Shown here one piece after another: positions 1 through 9,235 of a DNA stretch of 64,000 nt (within the stretch, counting starts at the first letter, position 1; each line of letters opens with the position of its first letter). Source of the DNA: an uncultured Actinomycetota bacterium. Lineage in GTDB: Bacteria; Actinomycetota; Actinomycetes; JAHEKZ01. The translations under genes and the position numbers were made by a program. The stretch lies in contig CAVQYR010000001.1 of assembly GCA_963718235.1 (NCBI GenBank), positions 416,001-480,000 of the forward strand, in the 5' to 3' direction. The notes under the pieces were generated by a model that ran no database searches, was not told where the DNA came from, and saw only the letters and a program-made list of their open reading frames with translations.

Positions 1-1
1 A

Positions 2-139
2 CGCATGCAGACCGACGACCGGCACCTGCTGGAGCGCGCGCGACAGTGGGCCGACGGGATCTCCAATGAGTTCCGCGGGCTCCCCCCCGAGGAGGCTGTC
101 CAGGTGCCGAACAGTCTGCTGTACACCAAGTGGTTCTGA
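2..139 (+). CDS. 3' end of an unidentified protein entering from the window edge (...RMQTDDRHLLERARQWADGISNEFRGLPPEEAVQVPNSLLYTKWF*)
   Basis: Open frame from base 2 to TGA at 137-139, GC-rich third codon positions, ends 12 nt before rocD. Confidence 0.5.
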   Translation, partial: RMQTDDRHLLERARQWADGISNEFRGLPPEEAVQVPNSLLYTKWF

Positions 140-151
140 GAGACTTCGACC

Positions 152-1339
152 ATGGATCTCAGCGAGCTCGTCGACCGTTACAGCGCCCACAACTACCATC
201 CCCTGCCGGTCGTCCTGGCCCACGGTGACGGTGCCTGGGTCACCGACGTCGACGGTCGCCGCTACCTCGACCTCCTGTCGGCGTACTCGGCCCTCAACTT
301 CGGGCATCGCCACCCCCGCCTCGTGGAGGCGGCACAGCGCCAGCTGGGTCGCCTGACCCTCACGTCGCGCGCGTTCCACAACGACCAGCTCGGACCCTTC
401 GCGCAGGCCGTGGCCGAGCTCACCGGCAAGGACATGATGCTGCCGATGAACACCGGCGCCGAGGCCGTCGAGACGGCGATCAAGACCGCGCGCAAGTGGG
501 GCTACCAGGTCAAGGGGGTTCCGGCTGAGTCTGCCCACATCATCGTGGTGGGCGGGAACTTCCACGGCCGCACCGTCACGATCGTGTCGTTCAGCGACGA
601 CCCGGCCGCGCACGACGACTTCGGTCCTTACACGCCTGGGTTCACCGAGGTGCCGTACGGCGACGCCGACGCGCTGGCAGCAGCGATCACGCCGTCCACC
701 GTGGGCTTCCTCGTCGAGCCGATCCAGGGGGAGGCAGGGGTCATCCTGCCCCCCGACGGCTACCTCACCAAGGTGCGCGAGCTGTGCACCGAGCACAACG
801 TGCTGTTCATCGCCGACGAGATCCAGTCCGGGCTGGGGCGCAGCGGACAGACCTTTGCGGTGCAGTGGGAGGACGTCGTTCCCGACGTTTACGTGTTGGG
901 GAAGGCGCTCGGTGGCGGCCTCTACCCGGTGTCGGCGGTCGCGGCCGACTCCGACGTGCTCGGCGTCTTCAAGCCGGGTGAGCACGGGTCGACCTTCGGG
1001 GGGAACCCGCTGGGTGCAGCCATCGGCCGCGAGGTCGTGGCGATGCTGCAGACGGGGGAGTTCCAGGAACGGTCACGGGTGCTGGGAGACCACATGCTGA
1101 CCCGACTGCGGGCCGAAGCGCCTCCCACCGTCAAGGAGGTCCGCGGACGGGGTCTGTGGGCGGGCGTGCAGCTGCTGCCGGGTGGGATCCCCGCCCGAGA
1201 GCGCTGCTACGCGCTGATGGAGCGTGGCGTGCTGGCCAAGGACACCCACGAGACGACGATCCGCCTGGCACCGCCGCTCATGATCGCGCAGGCCGACCTC
1301 GACCACGCCATCGACGAGATCCTGACCGCCCTTGCCTAG
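152..1339 (+). CDS. rocD: Ornithine--oxo-acid aminotransferase (class III PLP enzyme)
   Basis: AHNYHPLPVV N-terminus, NTGAEAVETAIK, EPIQGEAG, DEIQSGLGR, PLP lysine in LGKALGGG, HGSTFGGNPL. Confidence 0.93.
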   Translation: MDLSELVDRYSAHNYHPLPVVLAHGDGAWVTDVDGRRYLDLLSAYSALNFGHRHPRLVEAAQRQLGRLTLTSRAFHNDQLGPFAQAVAELTGKDMMLPMNTGAEAVETAIKTARKWGYQVKGVPAESAHIIVVGGNFHGRTVTIVSFSDDPAAHDDFGPYTPGFTEVPYGDADALAAAITPSTVGFLVEPIQGEAGVILPPDGYLTKVRELCTEHNVLFIADEIQSGLGRSGQTFAVQWEDVVPDVYVLGKALGGGLYPVSAVAADSDVLGVFKPGEHGSTFGGNPLGAAIGREVVAMLQTGEFQERSRVLGDHMLTRLRAEAPPTVKEVRGRGLWAGVQLLPGGIPARERCYALMERGVLAKDTHETTIRLAPPLMIAQADLDHAIDEILTALA

Positions 1340-1402
1340 GCGCCGGCCGGCTCGGGACGAAAGGTCCTTCGAGTGGCAGGCGATTGTTCGTAGGGTGCAG
1401 GC

Positions 1403-2536
1403 GTGACGACCGTCGCAGTTCCTCGCGAGACCCGACCCGGTGAACGCCGGGTCGCCTTGGTGCCTGAGCAGGTGGCTCGCCTCGTCGGTGCGGGGCTCGC
1501 CGTGACCGTCGAGGCCGGTGCCGGCGCCGGTGCATTCATTCCCGACGCCGAGTTCGAGGCGGTCGGTGCAGAGGTCGATTCGGGCGGTGTGCTCGAAGGC
1601 GGCGATGTCGTCGCCTCGGTGAACTCGTTGAGCGTCGAGCAGATCAAGCGCCTGCGCCCCGAGGCGATCGCGGTGTCCTTCCTTGCCCCATCGAGCTCGC
1701 TGGACAAGGTCGCGGCAGCCCGTGACGCCGGCGTCACGTACCTGTCGATGGAGCTCGTGCCCCGGATCTCCCGGGCCCAGTCGATGGACGCCCTCTCGTC
1801 GCAGGCCCTGGTGTCGGGCTACCGATGCGCCTTGGTGGCGGCTGAGCACCTGCCGAAGTTCTTCCCGCTGCTCATGACGGCGGCCGGCACCGTCAAGCCG
1901 GCGCAGGTCGTGGTGCTGGGCGCAGGTGTGGCGGGCCTGCAGGCGATCGCGACGGCCAAGCGGCTCGGCGCTGTCGTCTCGGCCTACGACGTGCGCGCCG
2001 CAGCGGCCGACGAGATCCGCAGCGTGGGCGCGAAGTTCATCGACCTCGAGCTGGACACCCTGGAAGGCGCCGGCGGGTACGCCCGAGAGATGACCGAGGA
2101 ACGGTCCGCGTTGCAGCGCGAGCGACTCTCTCCCTACATCGCCAAGGCCGACGCGCTGATCACTACTGCGGCGGTTCCTGGGCGGCAGGCTCCGCTGCTG
2201 GTCACCCGGGAGATGGTCGACGCGATGGGTCCGGGCAGCATCGTGGTCGACCTGGCGGCCGAGACCGGGGGGAACGTCGAGGGCTCCAAGGCCGGCGAGG
2301 TCGCCGCGTTCGGCCAGGTCGCAGTCTGGGGCGGGCTCAACGTGCCCTCGCAGCTCCCGGTCGCCGCCTCGCGCCTCTACGCGGCCAACGTGACCAACCT
2401 GCTGCTGCTCATGACCACCGACGGGTCGGTCGGGCTCGATCTCGAGGACGAGATCGTCGACGGCGCTGCCGTGACGCACGGCGGAGTCGTGCGGTTCGGC
2501 CCGGCCCGCGACGCCCTGAAGGAAGAGGACGCGTGA
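1403..2536 (+). CDS. pntA: NAD(P) transhydrogenase subunit alpha, part 1 (dI)
   Basis: ERRVALVP, RISRAQSMDALSSQ, GAGVAGL Rossmann motif, GAGGYA loop; operon with the following pnt genes. Confidence 0.95.
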   Translation: MTTVAVPRETRPGERRVALVPEQVARLVGAGLAVTVEAGAGAGAFIPDAEFEAVGAEVDSGGVLEGGDVVASVNSLSVEQIKRLRPEAIAVSFLAPSSSLDKVAAARDAGVTYLSMELVPRISRAQSMDALSSQALVSGYRCALVAAEHLPKFFPLLMTAAGTVKPAQVVVLGAGVAGLQAIATAKRLGAVVSAYDVRAAAADEIRSVGAKFIDLELDTLEGAGGYAREMTEERSALQRERLSPYIAKADALITTAAVPGRQAPLLVTREMVDAMGPGSIVVDLAAETGGNVEGSKAGEVAAFGQVAVWGGLNVPSQLPVAASRLYAANVTNLLLLMTTDGSVGLDLEDEIVDGAAVTHGGVVRFGPARDALKEEDA

Positions 2537-2847
2537 TGGACGGCGTAGCGCTGCTCACGATCCTGGTGCTCAGCATCTTCGTCGGATTCGAGGTCGTCTC
2601 GAAGGTGTCGACGATCCTGCACACGCCGTTGATGTCAGGGGCCAACGCGATCCACGGCGTGATCCTGGTCGGGGCGATCATCGTCAGCGGTGAGGCCGAC
2701 AACACCGCAGAGCTGGTCCTCGGCCTCGTGGCCACCGTTCTGGCGACGGTCAACATGGTCGGCGGGTTCGTCGTCACCGACCGCATGCTTCAGATGTTCC
2801 GGCCCCGCAAGAGCCCAGCCGAGGCGACCAAGGAGCCCGCGCCGTGA
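2533..2847 (+). CDS. pntAB: NAD(P) transhydrogenase subunit alpha, part 2 (membrane)
   Basis: LHTPLMSGANAIHG and NMVGGFVVTDRML motifs. Confidence 0.95.
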   Translation: MMDGVALLTILVLSIFVGFEVVSKVSTILHTPLMSGANAIHGVILVGAIIVSGEADNTAELVLGLVATVLATVNMVGGFVVTDRMLQMFRPRKSPAEATKEPAP

Positions 2848-4214
2848 GCCAGACGTGGGTCCAGCTGGCCTACCTGGTCGCTGCGACCTGCTTCATCCTG
2901 GCGCTCAAGGGGCTCTCGTCACCGAAGTACGCCCGCCGCGGCAACCTGATTGGGGCGTTCGGGGCCACCCTCGCCGTACTGGTCACTCTGGTTGCGGAGT
3001 CGTGGGACCACCTCCCGCTGATCATCGCTGCGATCGTCGTCGGTACCGCGGTGGCCGTCCCGACCGCCCGGTCGGTAGCGATGACGGCGATGCCGCAGCT
3101 GGTGGCACTGTTCAACGGAGTCGGTGGCGCGGCCGCGGCGATCGTCGCGATCGTGGAGTTCTTGTCCAACGGCCAGAACGAGTCCAACGGCACGGTGGCC
3201 GCTTCGGTGTTCACCGTGCTCGTCGGGTCGGTCTCGTTCAGCGGCTCGGTGGTCACCTTCCTGAAGCTGCAGGGGCTCATGACCTCGCGCCCCGTGGTGT
3301 TCCCCGGCATGAAGTGGCTGGCGATCCTCACCGCCGTCGCCGCGGTGGGGCTGGCCGTCGCCGTGGTGCCGACCCGGTCGACGACGTTGGTGTTCGTGCT
3401 CGCCGCGGTCGCCCTGCTGCTCGGTCTGCTGTTCGTGCTGCCTGTGGGCGGCGCTGACGTCCCGATCGTCATCTCGCTGCTCAACGCCTTCACCGGGCTG
3501 ACCGTCGCCGCATCGGGGCTGGTGCTCGACAACGTGCTGCTGCTCATTGCCGGAACCCTCGTCGGCGCGAGCGGCACCCTGCTGACCAGGCTCATGGCCA
3601 CCGCGATGGGCCGACCGCTGACCGGGACGCTGTTCGGTGCTCTGTCGGGCACCTCGACGCTCGGCGGAGGCGAGGCGTCGGACCGGCCGGTCCGGTCCCT
3701 GGGTCCGCAGGACGTCGCGATCCAGCTCGCCTATTCGAGCAAGGTCATCATCGTTCCCGGGTACGGCCTGGCCGTGGCCCAGGCGCAGGGAACGCTCAAG
3801 GAGCTCGTCGACCTGCTGAACGAACGAGGCGTTGAGGTGGCCTACGCGATCCACCCGGTGGCCGGACGGATGCCCGGCCACATGAATGTGCTGCTGGCCG
3901 AGGCGAGCGTGCCCTACGAGCAGCTGAAGGAGATGGACGAGATCAACCCCGAGTTCCCGTCCACCGACGTCGTGCTCGTCGTCGGAGCCAACGACGTCGT
4001 CAACCCGGCGGCGCGCGAGCCAGGAACGCCCATCTCCGGGATGCCGATCCTCAACGTGGACCAAGCCCAGTCGGTGGTCTTCCTCAAGCGGTCGATGCGT
4101 CCAGGGTTCGCGGGGATCGAGAACGAGCTCCTGTACGACCCGAAGACCCAGCTGCTGTTCGGCGACGCGAAGGACTCCCTCGGCAAGGTCGTGACGGCGC
4201 TCAAGGCCCAGTGA
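2844..4214 (+). CDS. pntB: NAD(P) transhydrogenase subunit beta
   Basis: MTAMPQLVALFNG, GGADVPIVISLLN, IHPVAGRMPGHMNVLLAEA, GANDVVNPAA. Confidence 0.97.
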   Translation: MSQTWVQLAYLVAATCFILALKGLSSPKYARRGNLIGAFGATLAVLVTLVAESWDHLPLIIAAIVVGTAVAVPTARSVAMTAMPQLVALFNGVGGAAAAIVAIVEFLSNGQNESNGTVAASVFTVLVGSVSFSGSVVTFLKLQGLMTSRPVVFPGMKWLAILTAVAAVGLAVAVVPTRSTTLVFVLAAVALLLGLLFVLPVGGADVPIVISLLNAFTGLTVAASGLVLDNVLLLIAGTLVGASGTLLTRLMATAMGRPLTGTLFGALSGTSTLGGGEASDRPVRSLGPQDVAIQLAYSSKVIIVPGYGLAVAQAQGTLKELVDLLNERGVEVAYAIHPVAGRMPGHMNVLLAEASVPYEQLKEMDEINPEFPSTDVVLVVGANDVVNPAAREPGTPISGMPILNVDQAQSVVFLKRSMRPGFAGIENELLYDPKTQLLFGDAKDSLGKVVTALKAQ

Positions 4215-4224
4215 CCGGCGTCCC

Positions 4225-4860
4225 TCAGCCGGCGGTGCCGTAGAGCCGGTCGCCCGCGTCGCCGAGTCCGGGGACGATGTACCCGCGCTCGTTCAGCCGC
4301 TCGTCGACCGAGGCCGTGACCACGGTGACTGGGAAATCGGCCAGCTCGGCGTCGAGGAATGCGAGCCCCTCGGGTGAGGCGAGCAGGCAGATCGCGGTGA
4401 CGTCGACCGCGCCGCGGTCCAGCAGCAGCCGGACCGCTGCGGCGAGTGTCCCTCCGGTGGCGAGCATCGGGTCGAGGGCGAAGCACTGCCGAGCGCCGAG
4501 GTCGTCCGGAAGACGGGTCGCGTACGTCGTCGCCGCCAGGGTGTCCTCGTCGCGGACCAGGCCCAGGAAGCCGACCTCTGCAGTGGGAAGGAGGCGCAAC
4601 ATGCCGTCGAGCATGCCGAGCCCGGCCCGCAGGATCGGGACGACGAGCGGCCGCGGGTACGCCAGCCTCGTGCCTGTGGTCGGCGCCACAGGTGTCGTGA
4701 CCGCGAACGGCTCGACCCGCACCGTCCGCGTCGCCTCGTAGGCCAGCAGGGTGACCAGCTCGTCGGCCAGTCGGCGGAACGTCGGGGAGTCGGTGTCCTG
4801 GTCGCGCAGCACCGTGAGCTTGTGGGCCACCAGCGGGTGTTCGACGACGTGGGTGCGCAT
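4225..4860 (-). CDS. upp: Uracil phosphoribosyltransferase
   Basis: [41 protein letters not shown]. Confidence 0.97.
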   Translation of the reverse strand: MRTHVVEHPLVAHKLTVLRDQDTDSPTFRRLADELVTLLAYEATRTVRVEPFAVTTPVAPTTGTRLAYPRPLVVPILRAGLGMLDGMLRLLPTAEVGFLGLVRDEDTLAATTYATRLPDDLGARQCFALDPMLATGGTLAAAVRLLLDRGAVDVTAICLLASPEGLAFLDAELADFPVTVVTASVDERLNERGYIVPGLGDAGDRLYGTAG

Positions 4861-4956
4861 GGCGCCGGACCCTAGCCAATCACCGCGGGGGGTAGGCAGC
4901 AGCCGGTCGTTCTGCGACTATCGCCCGTGGGACCGGTTTCGGCTGTGGAGGCGACG

Positions 4957-5442
4957 ATGGGTGACGAGCTCCAGGCCGACTTCGCCCTGATCGCGGTCCG
5001 CGAGGACGGGCTGTGGTCGGTCGCTGCACTCCCGCCCGCGGCCGCCGACGACGTCGATCATCTCGTGCGCGTGCTGCGCCAGCAGCCCGGTGAGGTCGGG
5101 GCGATCGGGCTCGTGTCGGTCGCCGAGGACTACTTCCTGATCGTGCGGGTCCGCGGCGAGGACGAGCGCTTCCTGCTGTCGGACTGCACGGCCGCTTTCG
5201 ACTCGCCGTTGGCCGCCCAGGTGCTCGAGCGGCTGGGCCTGCCGATGCCCGACGGCGACGACGACGAGGACATCGAGCCGGCGGGCGACCTCGACCTGCT
5301 GGCCGACCTAGGCGTCGACACGATCCTGGTCGCTGAGCTGTGCGACGACCTCGAGCTCTACCCCGACGACGCACTCGGCCGGGTGGCGGCGGCCGTGGGG
5401 TTCGCCGACCAGTACGACCAGGCCGTCGACCTCGTCGCCTAG
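4957..5442 (+). CDS. tRNA adenosine deaminase-associated acidic protein (actinobacterial family)
   Basis: Acidic protein with REDG.W, LLSD and PAGDLDLLADLG motifs, between upp and tadA; GGAGG RBS before ATG 4957. Confidence 0.85.
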   Translation: MGDELQADFALIAVREDGLWSVAALPPAAADDVDHLVRVLRQQPGEVGAIGLVSVAEDYFLIVRVRGEDERFLLSDCTAAFDSPLAAQVLERLGLPMPDGDDDEDIEPAGDLDLLADLGVDTILVAELCDDLELYPDDALGRVAAAVGFADQYDQAVDLVA

Positions 5443-5462
5443 TCCCGCTTCGTTCCTTGCCC

Positions 5463-5918
5463 ATGACCGACGACGTCGCGGCGATGCGGCTCGCCCTGGC
5501 GCAGGCCCGTCAGGCGCTGGTCCACGGAGACGTCCCGGTGGGGGCGGTGGTCGTGGACCGGGACGGCGCAGTCATCGCCGCGGCAGGCAACGGGCGCGAG
5601 GCGACGGGTGACCCCACGGCACACGCCGAGGTGCTCGCCCTGCGTCAGGCGGCCGAAGTGACGGGGGGCTGGCGGCTCGACGGGTGCACCTTGGTCGTCA
5701 CGCTCGAGCCGTGCACCATGTGCGCCGGCGCTCTGGTGCTGTCCCGGGTCGACCGTCTTGTGTTCGGCGCCTGGAACGCCGACATGGGAGCGGTCGGCAC
5801 GCTGTGGGACGTCGTCCGGGACCGCCGTCTCGGGCATCGCCCGGAGGTCGTGTCCGGTGTGCTCGCCGACGAGTCGTCGACGCTGCTGGAGGAGTTCTTC
5901 CGGGGCCAGCGCGGGTGA
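5463..5918 (+). CDS. tadA: tRNA adenosine(34) deaminase
   Basis: DVPVGAV, DPTAHAE and TLEPCTMCAGA zinc motifs. Confidence 0.93.
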   Translation: MTDDVAAMRLALAQARQALVHGDVPVGAVVVDRDGAVIAAAGNGREATGDPTAHAEVLALRQAAEVTGGWRLDGCTLVVTLEPCTMCAGALVLSRVDRLVFGAWNADMGAVGTLWDVVRDRRLGHRPEVVSGVLADESSTLLEEFFRGQRG

Positions 5919-5951
5919 GCCGGTCGCGGGGGGTCCGGTATCCTCCTCGGC

Positions 5952-6038
5952 GGTAGCGTGTCCGAGCGGCCGAAGGAGCACGCCTCGAAAGCGTGTGAGG
6001 GGGCAACTCCTCCGTGGGTTCAAATCCCACCGCTACCG
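5952..6038 (+). tRNA. tRNA-Ser(CGA)
   Basis: GGTAGCG/CGCTACC acceptor stem, anticodon arm CACGC-CTCGAAA-GCGTG, long variable arm, GGTTCAAATCC T-loop; CCA not encoded. Confidence 0.97.
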
Positions 6039-6074
6039 CTCCTGTCGGAAGAGGTCAGATCCTCCGACGACCAG

Positions 6075-6116
6075 AGAGCCCCTGGCCCGCGCACTGCGCG
6101 AGGACGGGGGCTCTTT
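6075..6116. terminator. Hairpin between convergent tRNA-Ser(CGA) and the LytR_C gene
   Basis: AGAGCCCC (6075-6082) pairs with GGGGCTCT (6107-6114), followed by TT. Confidence 0.55.
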
Positions 6117-6148
6117 GCACAGGGTTCGCGCAGTGGTCGAACGGCGCG

Positions 6149-6724
6149 TCACGCGCAGCGCGGCTCCTGGGCCGGGAGGGCGACATCGTCCAGCCCGCGC
6201 TTGGCCTGCCGGTCGGTGACGATGCCGTCGAAGTCCGGTCCGAGGCGCAGGTCGACCGAGGCGTCGGGGATCCGGGTGGTCTTCACCAGCTCGGCGCCGG
6301 GAACATAGGAGGCGACCCGCACGGCGGCGCCGTACCCCGGCTTGGCGTAGAGCACGGTCGCCACCCCGGCCTCCATCACCTTGGGTGCGTTGCCCACACC
6401 AGCGACGTCGAACCCCCGCAGCACCAGCTCGTTGGCCGTGTCGATGGCGAGCCCTTCGGTGTCGGTGGCGTTCAGCACGTTGACCCGCACCTGCGACGGC
6501 GGGGGGATGTCGCGGGGAGGCTTCGGCGGCGGCGTGGTGCAGGTCGCGGTCGGCGTGGGGCCTGCCTGGCTTGGGTCGTCGTCGCGTACCTGGGTCCACC
6601 ACCACGCGGCCCCGGCTGCTGCGGCCACGAGCACGATCACGAGGCCGACGACCAGCACCCGGCGCCCTCCGCCGGAGCCGGTGCGTCGTCGTCCTCCCGC
6701 TCCCGTGGGGGTCAGCATCGACAT
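6149..6724 (-). CDS. LytR C-terminal domain membrane protein
   Basis: N-terminal TM helix, Pro/Thr linker, VRVNVLNAT...GLA...GF.V.GVGN and VDLRLGPDF; TACCCT -10 six nt before ATG 6724. Confidence 0.88.
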   Translation of the reverse strand: MSMLTPTGAGGRRRTGSGGGRRVLVVGLVIVLVAAAAGAAWWWTQVRDDDPSQAGPTPTATCTTPPPKPPRDIPPPSQVRVNVLNATDTEGLAIDTANELVLRGFDVAGVGNAPKVMEAGVATVLYAKPGYGAAVRVASYVPGAELVKTTRIPDASVDLRLGPDFDGIVTDRQAKRGLDDVALPAQEPRCA

Positions 6725-6760
6725 CTCGGCAGGGTAGTCGGCACGTCCCCTGAGAACGCA

Positions 6761-6789
6761 CGACCCCCGGCCACCAGGCACGGGGGTCG
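6761..6789 (-). terminator. Hairpin downstream of tRNA-Ser(GGA)
   Basis: CGACCCCCG (6761-6769) / CGGGGGTCG (6781-6789), perfect 9-bp stem. Confidence 0.6.
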
Positions 6790-6795
6790 ACTGCG

Positions 6796-6880
6796 CGGAG
6801 GATAGGGGATTTGAACCCCTGAGGGCGTTAACCCAACACGCTTTCCAAGCGTGCGCCATAGGCCACTAGGCGAATCCTCC
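6796..6880 (-). tRNA. tRNA-Ser(GGA)
   Basis: Reverse strand GGAGGAT...ATCCTCCG acceptor, anticodon arm CACGC-TTGGAAA-GCGTG, long variable arm, GGTTCAAATCC. Confidence 0.97.
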
Positions 6881-7042
6881 GCCGCCGAGGGTACCGGTCG
6901 CGCACGAGCCCGCGGACCGCCGGGCTTTGCTGGCGGCGGGGTGGGTTTGCTGGCCGTGGACCGCTCGGTGGCCGACTCACGATCAGCAAACCTGATCGTG
7001 AGCGCAGGACGGGGTGGGCGGGGGGTGGGTAGACTTGAGGGC

Positions 7043-7130
7043 GACCCCCCGTGCGGCGTCACCCCACCGAACTCCCCCAGGGCCGGAAGGCAGCAAGGGT
7101 AGGCAGGCTCTGGCGGGTGCGCGGGGGGTC
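7043..7130 (+). ncRNA. ffs: Signal recognition particle small (4.5S) RNA
   Basis: CCCAGGGCCGGAAGGCAGCAAGGG domain IV with GGAA tetraloop, closing stem GACCCCCC/GGGGGGTC, TAGACT -10 at 7030-7035, usual position upstream of dnaX. Confidence 0.95.
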
Positions 7131-7186
7131 CCTTCGTGCTCGGCGGCTCGGTGCGACGGGTCCGCCCCGTCGTCTAGGGTGCCGGA

Positions 7187-9100
7187 GTGTCCCAAGCCCT
7201 GTACCGCCGCTACCGTCCCGAGCGGTTCGGCGACATCATCGGTCAGGAGCACGTCACCCACCCGCTGGTCGAGGCGCTCAAGCATGACCGGGTCAACCAT
7301 GCCTATCTGTTCAGCGGCCCACGAGGGTGCGGCAAGACCACCTCGGCCAGGATCCTGGCCCGCTGCCTGAACTGCGAGCAGGGCCCCACTCCCGAACCCT
7401 GCGGTGAGTGCCAGAGCTGCGTCGACCTCGCCCGCAACGGCGGCGGCAGCATCGACGTGATCGAGATCGACGCCGCAAGCCACGGTGGCGTCGACGACGC
7501 CCGCGAGCTGCGCGAACGCGCGTTCTTCGCGCCGGCCGCCAGCCGCTACAAGGTGTACATCATCGACGAGGCTCACATGGTGTCCAAGCAGGGCTTCAAC
7601 GCCCTGCTCAAGCTCGTCGAGGAACCCCCTGAGTTCGTGAAGTTCATCTTCGCCACCACCGAGCCTGATGCGGTGATCGGCACGATCCGGTCACGCACTC
7701 ACCACTACCCGTTCCGGCTGGTAGGGGCACGCACGCTCGAGACCTACCTCGGCGAGGTGTGCGTGTCCGAGGGCGTCACCGTCCAGCCCGGCGTGCTCCC
7801 GCTCGTGGTTCGGGCCGGCGCCGGGTCCGTGCGAGACGCCATGAGCGTTCTGGACCAGCTGATCGGTGGCTCGGTCGGTAACGAGGTCACCTACGACCTT
7901 GCCGTGTCGCTACTCGGCTTCACCCCGGGGGCACTGCTCGACGAGGTCGTCGACGCGATCTCCAGCTCCGACGGTGCGGGCGTCTTCGCCGTGGTCGACA
8001 CGGTGGTCGACTCCGGGCTCGACCCCCGACGCTTCCTGGAGGACCTGCTCCAGCGCCTGCGCGACCTGGTGATCGTGGCCGCGGTCCCCGACGCGTTCAG
8101 CACCGGTCTGGTCGCCGCGCCTGACGACCAGCGCGACCGCATGGTCGCCCAGGCCGAGCGGCTCGGTCTGGCCGCGCTGACCCGGGCGGCCGACCTGGCC
8201 GCGACGGGCCTCACCGAGCTGCGCGGGGCTACCGCGCCCCGCCTGCTCCTCGAGCTGGTCTGCGCGAAGCTGCTGCTGCCCGGTGCGCACGGCGACGAGC
8301 TCGGTCTGGCTGCGCGGCTGGAGCGCCTCGAGCGGCGGCTGTCCATCGGCGGGGTCCCGGTCACCGGGCCGGTCCAGGCACCTGCCCCGTCGGCGAAGCG
8401 ACCGGCGAAGGCGGTCGTCGCACCCGTCGTGCAGCCCGACAAGCCAGCGGCGCCCGCAGCCGGCGACGCAGCACCGGCCCCTGCCCTCGACTCTGCCCTC
8501 GACTCTGCCCTCGACTCTGCCCTCGACTCTGCCCCAGCCCCTGCCCCGGCCGAGGTGCCTGCGCCGACACCGTCCGGTGGCGCCGTCGACCTGCACGAGA
8601 TCCGACGGCTGTGGCCCAACGTGCTCGAGCAGGTCAAGCAGTACCGCCGCGCGGTGTGGATGATGCTGTTCGAGAAGTCGCAGGTCCTCGACGTCGACGA
8701 CACCACCCTCACCCTCGGACTCGGCGACCTCGGAGGCGTTCGGAACTTCGGCACCGGTGGCAAGGACGAGATCGTGCGCCAGGCGGTCATCGACGTCCTG
8801 GGTCTCGACCGATCGATCAAGGCGGTGCACGATCCCTCGCTGAGCGGGCCCGCGCCGGCCGGGCCACCGCCTCCTGCGGAGGTCGTCCCGCAGCGGGCAG
8901 CCCCCGCGGCGGCTGCCGACGCACGGGCGGCGGCGGCCGCGGTCGAGCGGCCCGCGGTGGGCCAGCCGCGCCCCACCCCGGCGATCGACGACGAGGTCGC
9001 CGCCGACGACGCCGAGGACGACCCGAACGACCTGGGCGGTACCGAACTGGTCATGCAGCAGCTCGGTGGCAAGGTCATCGGAGAGATCGACCACACGTAG
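7187..9100 (+). CDS. dnaX: DNA polymerase III subunit gamma/tau
   Basis: ALYRRYRP, GPRGCGKT Walker A, Zn cysteines, EIDAASHGGVD, IIDEAHM, FNALLK. Confidence 0.97.
   Translation: MSQALYRRYRPERFGDIIGQEHVTHPLVEALKHDRVNHAYLFSGPRGCGKTTSARILARCLNCEQGPTPEPCGECQSCVDLARNGGGSIDVIEIDAASHGGVDDARELRERAFFAPAASRYKVYIIDEAHMVSKQGFNALLKLVEEPPEFVKFIFATTEPDAVIGTIRSRTHHYPFRLVGARTLETYLGEVCVSEGVTVQPGVLPLVVRAGAGSVRDAMSVLDQLIGGSVGNEVTYDLAVSLLGFTPGALLDEVVDAISSSDGAGVFAVVDTVVDSGLDPRRFLEDLLQRLRDLVIVAAVPDAFSTGLVAAPDDQRDRMVAQAERLGLAALTRAADLAATGLTELRGATAPRLLLELVCAKLLLPGAHGDELGLAARLERLERRLSIGGVPVTGPVQAPAPSAKRPAKAVVAPVVQPDKPAAPAAGDAAPAPALDSALDSALDSALDSAPAPAPAEVPAPTPSGGAVDLHEIRRLWPNVLEQVKQYRRAVWMMLFEKSQVLDVDDTTLTLGLGDLGGVRNFGTGGKDEIVRQAVIDVLGLDRSIKAVHDPSLSGPAPAGPPPPAEVVPQRAAPAAAADARAAAAAVERPAVGQPRPTPAIDDEVAADDAEDDPNDLGGTELVMQQLGGKVIGEIDHT
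8481..8534 (+). repeat. In-frame 12-bp tandem repeat (GCCCTCGACTCT)x4 in the dnaX linker
   Basis: Four perfect copies at 8483, 8495, 8507 and 8519, encoding (ALDS)4. Confidence 0.95.
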
Positions 9101-9149
9101 GGTTCACCGAGAGAACGGGCCACGCGTACGAGCTGCCGAGGAGGTCGTC

Positions 9150-9233
9150 ATGGAGGACATGTCCGACCTGGATGACCGGTCCATCGCCTCGGAGCCCACC
9201 GAGGCCTCGTGCCTGAGCCGGTCGGAGCGGTAG
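9150..9233 (+). CDS. Putative 27-aa small [30 protein letters not shown]
   Basis: GAGGAGG (9138-9144) five nt before ATG; stop two nt before the recR start. Confidence 0.3.
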   Translation: MEDMSDLDDRSIASEPTEASCLSRSER

Positions 9234-9235
9234 CC

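Noticed and set aside
1403-2847. Split pntA as a broken gene
   Set aside because: A two-part alpha subunit is the normal arrangement in actinobacteria.
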